Origin: Cyanobacteria bacterium P01_D01_bin.156
GTDB taxonomy: Bacteria > Cyanobacteriota > Cyanobacteriia > Phormidesmidales > Phormidesmidaceae
Length of the DNA stretch: 64,000 nucleotides
Assembly (NCBI GenBank): GCA_039024555.1
Contig: JBCCQQ010000014.1
Location: 1 to 64,000 of the forward strand
Reading direction: 5' to 3'
Positions 41,739 through 50,360 of this stretch are shown one piece after another (position 1 is the stretch's first letter; each line of letters opens with the position of its first letter). Below the pieces are notes generated by a model, which saw only the letters and a program-made list of their open reading frames with translations, was not told where the DNA came from and did not search any database. Both the position numbers and the translations under genes were made by a program.

Positions 41739-43097
41739 CTATTCAGAGGTGTGTGCTAACTCTTTAGGAAGTCGAGTAGCCCTTAAAATCAACCATGCGG
41801 AGCCCATAAACCAAAGGGCTGCAATAATAAACGCCGTTCTCATCACTCCGCCAATATAACCTCTCAGGTCTTGAACATAGCTCGCGGTATAGGCCAAGGA
41901 AATGGCACCTACAAGATTATTGTTAGAGTCTCGAATCGGCGCGTAGATGTAGTAAAACCAATCATCAAAGACATTATTAAAACGGCGCTGAGACCTTGTA
42001 ATCTCAGTTTGGAGACCATCTAGCTGTGCTTGACCAGAGGCATCAACCACCTGCCGAAAGGCATAGCCTGCGCCTGGTTTTAAATCTCGAGCAATGTCCC
42101 CGATAATTTCTATCTGGCGAGGATTTTGGGAGCGGATGTAGGTTTCAGGGTAAGCATCGGGCACGAGTACATGAATTGTGTTGAGCCACTGCTGATGCTT
42201 TTGATAAAGAGGGTTGTTTTGGTAGTAAGCGGCATTGTTTGGCGGAAACTGTGCCAGCTTGGCAAATTCATCCCCATCAATCCCCTGGACAGCGGTATTT
42301 AAGGTGGTTGCCATGTCCGCAGCGATCTCTCTTCTCACATGACCACTGAGGGATAAATCGATGGCCAGGAGCCCCAAACTAATAAAGATTAAGTTAGCGA
42401 TGACCGTTGTTAGAACCACCAGATACTTGGCTTTTTGACGCGATCGCACAATCGCCTCATTGGCATCCAAGCTTGCCCCAACATAGTCCGCATGAACGTC
42501 TGTCGGTCTTGGATCCTTATTGACTCCCTGGGTCAGCCATTGTCCGGCTTCTTTTAGATCGCGGCCCCGCAGTAAGTAGCTAGCATCGCGATGCTTAGTG
42601 TCCCATTCCAAGGCCCGTACCAACAGTCGAGTGTGGGTAGAAACATGGTCTAAATCTGTATCTAACGCCTCTAAGAGGTCTTGAAATGCCGTTTTAAGGT
42701 TGTCGGTTTCTCGAAAGAATAACCAGTTATGTCGTGAGATTGACGAATGTACTTGCTGTGGATCAAACCCCTCTCGTCGAATAATGGGAAGAAACCGTTT
42801 ATTGCACTTAGTAGCATACTCAATCTCATCGAGACACACCTTAGATGCAATGGAATCCGGAGTAACAACAAAAAGAAATGTGTCTGCGGACTCAATACCC
42901 CGTTTAATAGAGTTCCACCAATCTTCCCCTTTGCGGATATCATCCCAGTCGATCCAAGGGTCACGACCGATCTTACGAAATGCTTGCTCTAGAATTTCCA
43001 CAAACGCTTTATCCCTACGGGAATAAGAGATAAAGACATCGTTAGTGCGGCTGGACTGTTGCTTTGGGGCCTCGGCTGAAGAGGGTTGGGAAGACAT
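41739..43097 (-). CDS. TIR-domain membrane protein: TIR - helical linker - TM - Cache/PDC-like extracytoplasmic domain - TM
   Basis: DVFISYSRRD and VCLDEIEYA TIR motifs; two TM helices flanking IDGDEF...YAPIRDSNNNLVGAISL. Confidence 0.85.
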   Translation of the reverse strand: MSSQPSSAEAPKQQSSRTNDVFISYSRRDKAFVEILEQAFRKIGRDPWIDWDDIRKGEDWWNSIKRGIESADTFLFVVTPDSIASKVCLDEIEYATKCNKRFLPIIRREGFDPQQVHSSISRHNWLFFRETDNLKTAFQDLLEALDTDLDHVSTHTRLLVRALEWDTKHRDASYLLRGRDLKEAGQWLTQGVNKDPRPTDVHADYVGASLDANEAIVRSRQKAKYLVVLTTVIANLIFISLGLLAIDLSLSGHVRREIAADMATTLNTAVQGIDGDEFAKLAQFPPNNAAYYQNNPLYQKHQQWLNTIHVLVPDAYPETYIRSQNPRQIEIIGDIARDLKPGAGYAFRQVVDASGQAQLDGLQTEITRSQRRFNNVFDDWFYYIYAPIRDSNNNLVGAISLAYTASYVQDLRGYIGGVMRTAFIIAALWFMGSAWLILRATRLPKELAHTSE

Positions 43098-43118
43098 AAT
43101 CCATTTTCGCAGATACAG

Positions 43119-43997
43119 TTATCGTCTAGAGGGGCGACCTAATAACAACTTAGTGATAGCACTCCGCGCACTTGCTGGTCGAGGACGATTCAGCAACCAG
43201 CGTAAGGGCGGAAAGGCAATTTCGTCCGGCAGCAAGATAGCAATAAATTCGAAGGGAAGTAACAAGTATGTAGTGTTACTCTCCTGTTGGTCCGTAATGT
43301 AGCGAATACCTAAACGCAGCTGCAAACTGTAGGCTAAAGCCTGACTATCCATATCCATTAAAGGACTCGATAAGGACGCAATCACATCGCCCATATCCAC
43401 CAGGGGCATACCTGGCTGTAAGGTGCCGCTATTGGGATCCAAACTTAAACAGCCCTCTCCAGTGACGCTCGTACCAAAACTTTCGCCAGGGTTGACCACG
43501 CTAAATATTTGAGATCGCGATAGATCCCCCGCAAAGGGAACACCTGCCCGAAACACTCGCTGAGTTTGACGAGATTCATCGGTGGTAATGGAGCTATTGT
43601 CCCAGTCGATATACACTTGGGCATCTTCTGTGCCATTGTCAACAGACACACTTAAACCCGGTAGAGCCATGTTTCGGCTCATATTGCCCATGGGTCCAAC
43701 GGTAACCTTAACCTTATATATCTGTTTTGGATCGTAGGGAGAGGCGACCTTGAGCGATAGATAAGGGGGGCGCTTCAGCCCCCGAAACTCAAGTTGTTCC
43801 ACAGCAGCTGTAACTTTAGGTTGAGATGGGGATGACTGACGCTCTAACTGTTGATTGGTTTGTCCCTCTAAAAACTCACGATCCAGCTCCACCCGGACCT
43901 TATCTTCCAAGTTACTTTCTACCGCTAGGGCCATTTGGTAGAGCACATAGATCACTACCAAAAAGTAGATAGTCAAAATTAGAACGTCATTACCCAT
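43119..43997 (-). CDS. Hypothetical protein with N-terminal TM anchor
   Basis: Long ORF; TM ILTIYFLVVIYVLYQM; IDWDNSSI motif. Start placed at ATG 43997; stop is 21 nt before the TIR gene. Confidence 0.7.
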   Translation of the reverse strand: MGNDVLILTIYFLVVIYVLYQMALAVESNLEDKVRVELDREFLEGQTNQQLERQSSPSQPKVTAAVEQLEFRGLKRPPYLSLKVASPYDPKQIYKVKVTVGPMGNMSRNMALPGLSVSVDNGTEDAQVYIDWDNSSITTDESRQTQRVFRAGVPFAGDLSRSQIFSVVNPGESFGTSVTGEGCLSLDPNSGTLQPGMPLVDMGDVIASLSSPLMDMDSQALAYSLQLRLGIRYITDQQESNTTYLLLPFEFIAILLPDEIAFPPLRWLLNRPRPASARSAITKLLLGRPSRR

Positions 43998-44093
43998 GGT
44001 GTGACCTATCCACAGCCCCGTCGATATACTACTGATGACGCCAGGTGGCGCACCTTTGGCAGGATCGTCAATACTGACGTACCCCAAAGGTGC

Positions 44094-45584
44094 CTATAGA
44101 TTACACCGATTTTTAGAAAGTGTGCCCTGGATTGGGGGATTTGATATTGCTGTGGGCGTCGAGGCAGGATTTACCTGGGTTTTCCAATACTTTTCTAAAT
44201 TGCGGGCCACCTGGTTGGACAGTAGTAGCAGCCCCAGCATGTTGGGAATACCCAGGGCAAACACAAGGATGTCGCTAAAGCGAATGACCGTATTTAGACT
44301 AATGGCTGTGCCTGCAAAACAACCGGTAATGTAAAGCAGTTTATAGAGAAGCAAACCGCGATCGCGAAGTAAATAGCGCCAGCAGGCTTCACCGTAGTAA
44401 AAACACGAAATAATTGTCGAAAAACTAAATAGACCGACAATAATCGCCAGGCCCCATTCCATCATGGGCACTTCCACTGCAAAGGCACGGGTGGTCAGTT
44501 CGATACCATTGACCATCCCGCCCGGTTCGTAAACTCCCGTCAGCAAACAAACCAGAGCCGTTAGATTACAAACAATCACCGTATCGATCAGGGGTTCCAC
44601 CATGGCAACAATCCCTTCTCGCACTGGCTCAGAATTTTTAGTGGCCGCGTGGGCAATGGCGGCGGCTCCGGTGCCAGCACCGTTGGAAAAGAATCCCCGC
44701 TGCAGCCCCTGCATCATCACCCCGATAATGCCCCCTTCAATGGCAACCGGATGCCAGGCCGAGTGCCAGACCAGACCGCCTACGTCGGGAATGTCGCCCA
44801 GGTGATGAAAAATAATCCACAGGGCTGCGGCAAGATATAGGCCCACCATAGTAGGCACAATGGTGGAGGCCACCTGGGCAATCCGCTGCAGCCCTCCGAT
44901 AATCACAGCCGCCACCACCAGAGATAGGCCCAGACCGTACACTCGCGGATCGCTCAACCAGTCCCAGTGCATCCGTTCTGCTAAAGCAGCGACCGCTATG
45001 CCCGACTGATTCGCTTGAAACATATTGCCGCCACTTAGGGCACCCACCATACTCAGCATGGCAAAGGTAACGGCCAGCAACTGCCCCATGGGTTTCAGGC
45101 CGCGCTCCGCTAACCCTTGACTCAAATAGTACATAGGGCCACCAAACACATGACCGCCTTGGACAACGCGGTACTCTTGGGCCAAGGTACATTCGGTGAA
45201 TTTGGTGGTCATACCCAACAGCCCGGCCAGGGTCATCCAGAGGACTGCACCGGGTCCACCGATTTGGAGTGCGATCGCAACACCCGCAATGTTGCCTAAC
45301 CCCACCGTTGCCGACATGGCCGTCGCTAATGCTTGAAAGTGGCTAACTTCCCCTTGATCATCTGGGTCATCATAGGCACCCCGGACCACTTTGAGACTGT
45401 GCGCCAACCCTCGCAGGTTGATAAACCCCATACGCAGCGTCAGATATATGGAGCCGCCCACCAGCCAGAGCACAATTAAGGGCATGCCCCAAAGTTTAAA
45501 AAACAGGCTACGCTCCAGCAGCGTCACCAGCATTTCAAAGCTCTGGTCAAGGTTTGTCAGCAGTTGATTCAATGCCACCATCAC
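44094..45584 (-). CDS. Alanine/glycine:cation symporter (AGCS family)
   Basis: SHFQALATAMSATVGLGNIAGVA, GGPGAVLWM, GGPMYYL and EPLIDTVIVC motifs. Confidence 0.93.
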   Translation of the reverse strand: MMVALNQLLTNLDQSFEMLVTLLERSLFFKLWGMPLIVLWLVGGSIYLTLRMGFINLRGLAHSLKVVRGAYDDPDDQGEVSHFQALATAMSATVGLGNIAGVAIALQIGGPGAVLWMTLAGLLGMTTKFTECTLAQEYRVVQGGHVFGGPMYYLSQGLAERGLKPMGQLLAVTFAMLSMVGALSGGNMFQANQSGIAVAALAERMHWDWLSDPRVYGLGLSLVVAAVIIGGLQRIAQVASTIVPTMVGLYLAAALWIIFHHLGDIPDVGGLVWHSAWHPVAIEGGIIGVMMQGLQRGFFSNGAGTGAAAIAHAATKNSEPVREGIVAMVEPLIDTVIVCNLTALVCLLTGVYEPGGMVNGIELTTRAFAVEVPMMEWGLAIIVGLFSFSTIISCFYYGEACWRYLLRDRGLLLYKLLYITGCFAGTAISLNTVIRFSDILVFALGIPNMLGLLLLSNQVARNLEKYWKTQVNPASTPTAISNPPIQGTLSKNRCNL

Positions 45585-45738
45585 CCCTGCAAACCTCGAT
45601 AACCGTGTTTAAAGCAATGAGTTAATCGTGGAGGCATTGAGGTGAGTTAATGAGATTAACAAGGTGTTTTTACTATTGTAAATGCATGTAAACGTAGATT
45701 GCGTAGCGATAGCCCACGCCGGGTTAAAAACCTAGCGC

Positions 45739-46695
45739 TCATAAATCAGAAATCACCTTCACCTGCCCATACAGCCGTTCCATTTCTGGCACGTTTACCC
45801 CCAGCTGCTTAGCAGCCCGCACTGGATTACCCAAAATCGCTTCTACCTCCAGCGGGCGGCCTTCATCAAAATCAATTTTCATACTGGTACGATAGGGCTT
45901 CATGCGGACCGTTGCCCCCATCATCTCCGTCGCAAAACTCATGGGAATTGCCCGCTCTGCCCCCGCCGCCGCATCCAGGCTGGTCGCCCAAGTATTGCCA
46001 GTGGTGATCACCTCGGTCATCAGGGTATAAATTTTCTGTTTTATCGCCGCATCTGCCATCAATTCATCGGTTGTTGCATTCAAAGCCACCGATAGTCCGT
46101 TGTAGGGCACATTCCACACCAGCTTGCGCCAGCGAGTCATAAACAAATCATCGGTGACTAAAATGGGAATTTTTGCATTGCGCAGATCATCAACGATGGC
46201 TTCCATGGCTGGGGTGAGCGTTCGTTTTTGATTCGTGACGCTGTAAGCCCCCAGCTGAATTTTGCCGTAGTCCAAATGTCGGATATGTCCTGGTCCTACT
46301 TTATTCGAACAAACAAAGCACAGTCCTCCCATAATCTGTTCCGGTGACACCAGCTGGAGAATATCTGATTCAATATCCAGCCCGTTTTGTAAGACCAGAA
46401 CAACAGCATTCTCTTTTAAGGGAGGTAACAGTTTTGAGAGATGGTAATTTTGAGTTGTCTTTAAAGCGATAACAACGACATCTGCGATTGGTATATTTTC
46501 TGGATTGTTATAGGCATTCACCTGGGGCAAAAGGAGATCGCCATCTATCGACTCTACGGTTAGGCCATGGTGTTTTACATGATCGTAGTCGCTACGCAAT
46601 AGAAAATGTACGTCACATCCACTCTGCTGCAGTCGTGCTCCGTAGTAACCACCGATGGCACCGGTACCAATAATGGCGTAACGTTTAGTCGACAT
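45739..46695 (-). CDS. panE: 2-dehydropantoate 2-reductase (ApbA/PanE family)
   Basis: IIGTGAIGGYYG, LQNGL, WRKLVWNVPYN, SMKID and LEVEAI motifs. Start placed at ATG 46695. Confidence 0.88.
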   Translation of the reverse strand: MSTKRYAIIGTGAIGGYYGARLQQSGCDVHFLLRSDYDHVKHHGLTVESIDGDLLLPQVNAYNNPENIPIADVVVIALKTTQNYHLSKLLPPLKENAVVLVLQNGLDIESDILQLVSPEQIMGGLCFVCSNKVGPGHIRHLDYGKIQLGAYSVTNQKRTLTPAMEAIVDDLRNAKIPILVTDDLFMTRWRKLVWNVPYNGLSVALNATTDELMADAAIKQKIYTLMTEVITTGNTWATSLDAAAGAERAIPMSFATEMMGATVRMKPYRTSMKIDFDEGRPLEVEAILGNPVRAAKQLGVNVPEMERLYGQVKVISDL

Positions 46696-46766
46696 ACAAA
46701 ATCCCCCACTGACTGCGTTCATCATTGTATGGGAGCAGTGCAGGTCTGGACGAAATGAGCGGCAAT

Positions 46767-47222
46767 ATGGAGACAACGACATCGAACCACCTATGGTTAC
46801 CTGTAATCCTAATAGGTGTCAGTGGTCTAGGCATTTACTGGTATGGCACAACTTTAACAAAAGCCCGTAACACGGTGCATTGGTCGCCTGCAGCGGGTTA
46901 TGTTACCCGTTCTGAAGTTGTCTATGATCCGACGATATCGAAAGCTAATCGTTATTTTCAATATGCTTACACAGTGGATGGGCAAGAGTTTGTTGGCAAA
47001 CGTGTTACCTGGGGTAACGTGAGCACTTCAGGAACCAGTTTATTTCAGCCGGGTCAACAGGTAACGGTATACGTAAATCCTGAGAACTCTCAGGAAGCTG
47101 TCTTACAGACTGGCATGGACAGATGGACCTGGGTACAGCTGGGTGTTTCATCCGCCATACATCTGTTGGGATGGTGGACCGTTCTATGTTTATTCTCCAG
47201 TCAGCAAGCTCCTGATTGTTAA
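46767..47222 (+). CDS. DUF3592-like membrane protein
   Basis: TM - W..AAG.V..S..YAYTVDG..F..V.VYVNPENSQEAVL - TM. Start (46755 or 46767) uncertain. Confidence 0.75.
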   Translation: METTTSNHLWLPVILIGVSGLGIYWYGTTLTKARNTVHWSPAAGYVTRSEVVYDPTISKANRYFQYAYTVDGQEFVGKRVTWGNVSTSGTSLFQPGQQVTVYVNPENSQEAVLQTGMDRWTWVQLGVSSAIHLLGWWTVLCLFSSQQAPDC

Positions 47223-47248
47223 ATCTAATTCTTTTAGGAATACACCCT

Positions 47249-47866
47249 ATGTTTGAATCTGAAGAGTTAATCCATCGTGTTTTTTGCGATCCATTACCGG
47301 CCCATTGTGAAGCGGCTTATATTTTTGGTCAGACTCCAGATAATGAATATTCTATCTTTCGACGGGCTCAGATTTTGGTGGAGCAACAACAAACATCAGC
47401 CATTTGGATTCCTGGCACAGAGGCCATGAGTGGTTATCCAGGTCAGGCAGTGTGGTGCGATCGCATTGCCGCCTACATCCCCATCGAGCTAGTACAGACT
47501 GTACCCACAGGCCCCACCACCAGCCTAAATACCCTGATCGAAGCCCAAGCTACGGTGCGCTATGCCCAAACCCAGGGGGTCACTTCTTTACTGGTTGTTG
47601 CCACCCCCTTTCACCAGCAGCGGGCAGTGATGACCATAGTGACTGTTGCCATGGCGGAATACCCCACACTCCGAATTTATAGCGCCCCAGGGCTGGCCGT
47701 AGATTGGCAAGCGACGGTGGTCCATTCCCAGGGCATCCTCCGGGGGCAGTGTTACGAACTAATCTATAGCGAGCAGGAGCGCATCAATGAATATAGCAAG
47801 AAAGGCGATGTAGGCTCCCGCGAGGCGATATTAGACTACCTACGCCAGCGTGACAGCCAGGCCTAG
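47249..47866 (+). CDS. YdcF/DUF218 family protein
   Basis: NTLIEA and VVATPFHQQRA motifs; AGGA upstream of ATG 47249. Confidence 0.75.
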   Translation: MFESEELIHRVFCDPLPAHCEAAYIFGQTPDNEYSIFRRAQILVEQQQTSAIWIPGTEAMSGYPGQAVWCDRIAAYIPIELVQTVPTGPTTSLNTLIEAQATVRYAQTQGVTSLLVVATPFHQQRAVMTIVTVAMAEYPTLRIYSAPGLAVDWQATVVHSQGILRGQCYELIYSEQERINEYSKKGDVGSREAILDYLRQRDSQA

Positions 47867-48108
47867 GCCCGCGATATTTGTTGAAGCACCTGATGAATTA
47901 TTCAAGCGTCACATGGCTAGGGAACACACCATAGCTCAAGTCATGGTGTTGTTCTCTTCAACGCTTCTACCCCCTTCACCCCACTGCTGTATGCGCCACC
48001 CCGCTGCTGCATACGACATAACCCTGGTTAACTCTCATTGAGGCTTCAGATACTCCATGGACACAATGGGACCATGACACACCTTCCATTCGTCAAGGAC
48101 CTGAAACC

Positions 48109-49044
48109 ATGGTGTTCACTCATGCCCAGAATTCTCTTGATTTAGCCGGCTATTTCCATCCCGAGCCCAATTACTTTCATACTCGGCAGCGTCTGAACTA
48201 TTTAACCGAGCGTTATTTAGCACCAAATGTGTTGACCGAACGTCTGACAGATTTACCCAGCCAGTTTGTCAATCCCCACCAGCGCCCCTGGGAGAGATTT
48301 TCCTGGAAGACAATTTCACCAGAACAGATTGTTGGTGTAGATCCTAAGTTGTTTATTGGTCTAATCTCATCCTCAGCCGAAGTGGAGGCTCCCATTCGTG
48401 CCTATGCTGAAATCAGTCGTGACTATTTGCAGACGATTCATCCCGAGATGACGCGTTTTGTTAGCGGTTCCTATGATAAGACCGGTCGATTGGTTGAAGT
48501 CGGTGTTTGGGAAAAGGAAGAACGCCAGCACACACCAATTTTTTGCAAAATCTATCAGCAGCTGACGGGAGAGAAACTGGTGCCCCATTCCAACTCGATT
48601 ACGGAGCTACCGACGGTAAGCAGTCCTTCGGAGGCACTTTACCGCCATGCGGTGCGGCGCATTACCACTGAGTGGAGTGCAGTCTCAGTTTATTTGTGGT
48701 TGATGGCCCATTCTACCGGGGCGTTACAACAGGCGATCGCGCAACCGCTGCAGGATGAGGTAAATCATCTGGCTAAGTTTTGGGGGATGACTCGCTGGGG
48801 CTTTGGGGATTCTGCTTCTCAGCGGATGGTGGCGATGATGAGTCAGCTGTTGAATATGTTCGATCATCATAAAAGCGATCGCAGTGATAGCCAGGCCATC
48901 GTGAATTTCTCGAACATGCAGTACGGTGCTGAACTGGTATATATTTTCACCCGCGTTTTACGCCAGGTATGTAGCTGGAATGCCCATCTTCAGCCTGCGT
49001 TGTTGGAGGGCCTATTTGGTCAGCAGCCCGCCGTTGCAGCCTAA
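48109..49044 (+). CDS. Ferritin-like (di-iron) domain protein
   Basis: Paired ExxH motifs (EERQH, DEVNH) with preceding Glu residues (EVE, TTE). Confidence 0.75.
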   Translation: MVFTHAQNSLDLAGYFHPEPNYFHTRQRLNYLTERYLAPNVLTERLTDLPSQFVNPHQRPWERFSWKTISPEQIVGVDPKLFIGLISSSAEVEAPIRAYAEISRDYLQTIHPEMTRFVSGSYDKTGRLVEVGVWEKEERQHTPIFCKIYQQLTGEKLVPHSNSITELPTVSSPSEALYRHAVRRITTEWSAVSVYLWLMAHSTGALQQAIAQPLQDEVNHLAKFWGMTRWGFGDSASQRMVAMMSQLLNMFDHHKSDRSDSQAIVNFSNMQYGAELVYIFTRVLRQVCSWNAHLQPALLEGLFGQQPAVAA

Positions 49045-49109
49045 CCTCCCAGGGGAAAACGTGCTAAACGATCGATGGTAGGCTGCTGGATGCAGTGGCA
49101 CGGCAACAG

Positions 49110-49712
49110 CTATGACCAAATGCGCTGTAGGTCCAAAATAAATCCAGGTAAGGTATCTTCCCCTGATAGTGTTTTTGGATCGTCTAAAACTTCTCTTTCC
49201 CGCCCGGATCGATACACTTCCACCTGTTTATCCTTGGGATTAATCAGCCATGCCAAGCTCACCCCATTGTCCATGTATTCCTGCATTTTATTTTGCAGCT
49301 TGGGGAGACTATCGGATGGGGAGCGTAACTCAATGACAAAATCAGGACAGAGGGGAATAAAGCCTTGGCGCTGTTCCGGCTTCAGGGCTTGCCAACGTTC
49401 TGTCTGAATCCAGGACACATCGGGGGAGCGGTCTGCGCCATTGGGCAATTGAAACCCCGTTGAGGAATCAAATGGAATGCCATGGCCCCCTTGTTCTTCG
49501 ATCCATTTGACCAAGAAGTAGGCGATTTTAATATTGCGATGTCCGGTTTCTCCGCCAGTGGGTGGATTCACAATTAGCTCTCCTGCTGCGGACCGTTCAA
49601 TTCTTAAGTCTCGATTGGCCAGGGCAATGGTTTCAAACTGCTGCTGATCTACCCGCAGGGTCAGGTCCAACGGAAATTCTAAAGCAAGTGTCTGGGGCGA
49701 TACCTGGGACAT
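49110..49712 (-). CDS. Uma2 family (DUF820) restriction-endonuclease-like protein
   Basis: FDSSTGF, RSPDVSW, PDFVIELRS and KMQEY..NG..LAWLI motifs. Confidence 0.93.
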   Translation of the reverse strand: MSQVSPQTLALEFPLDLTLRVDQQQFETIALANRDLRIERSAAGELIVNPPTGGETGHRNIKIAYFLVKWIEEQGGHGIPFDSSTGFQLPNGADRSPDVSWIQTERWQALKPEQRQGFIPLCPDFVIELRSPSDSLPKLQNKMQEYMDNGVSLAWLINPKDKQVEVYRSGREREVLDDPKTLSGEDTLPGFILDLQRIWS

Positions 49713-49970
49713 ATGGCCGGGTTGTGCCGAAAAGAGTACATGTGCATCATAATAGAAAGGAATAAAGTAGCCGCTAAGAATGACTCAATAACGTTTGTAA
49801 ATTTGCTTATCAAATTTTATGTGCGTTAATTCACGCTATTTGCTGTGTCTAGTTTGATATAGCTTTGACCACCTTTTTTAAATCGATGAATCAATAGGTG
49901 TACTGACCAAATCAAACATCAGCAGCATTCTATCCCTAAAACTCCCGCAAGCCCAATTACCAATAGAGGT

Positions 49971-50013
49971 CAAAACAAAAGCCTTATTCTTTAAGATTAG
50001 GAATAAGGCTTTG
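49971..50013 (-). terminator. Terminator downstream of the acidic peptide gene
   Basis: AAAGCCTTATTC / GAATAAGGCTTT stem followed by TGTTTTG on the minus strand. Confidence 0.8.
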
Positions 50014-50032
50014 ATGAGAACTTCAATTACCC

Positions 50033-50269
50033 TTAATAAATTACTTCTTCAATAATGATCTCTTCTTCGACATACTCTTCCTCAATATATTCCTCTTCAA
50101 CGTACTCGTCTTCAATGTAGACGTCTTCGATGTACTCTTCCTCGATGATTTCTTCTTCGATATACTCTTCTTCAATGATGATTTCTTCTTCGAAGAATAT
50201 CTCTTCAGCTATGGCTTGGGGAACGGCTAGCCCCAGGGTCATCAACAATGTCAGCATTACGTATTTCAT
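50033..50269 (-). CDS. Small secreted Glu-rich repeat peptide
   Basis: AGGA-type RBS, ATG, Sec-like signal peptide ending A-I-A, 57-aa mature part made only of E/D/I/V/Y/F, and a downstream terminator. Confidence 0.75.
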   Translation of the reverse strand: MKYVMLTLLMTLGLAVPQAIAEEIFFEEEIIIEEEYIEEEIIEEEYIEDVYIEDEYVEEEYIEEEYVEEEIIIEEVIY

Positions 50270-50360
50270 AACCCTTTTCCTAAATGCTGCGCTTCTCTGA
50301 GATTCAGCGCATTACTTCACCATCAGAATGCCCTGAGTCATCTAGGCGATAACCTATGGT

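Noticed and set aside
49110..49712. Uma2 nuclease-like gene as a defence component
   Set aside because: This family is highly expanded and scattered in cyanobacteria, and nothing links it to the NACHT/TIR genes.
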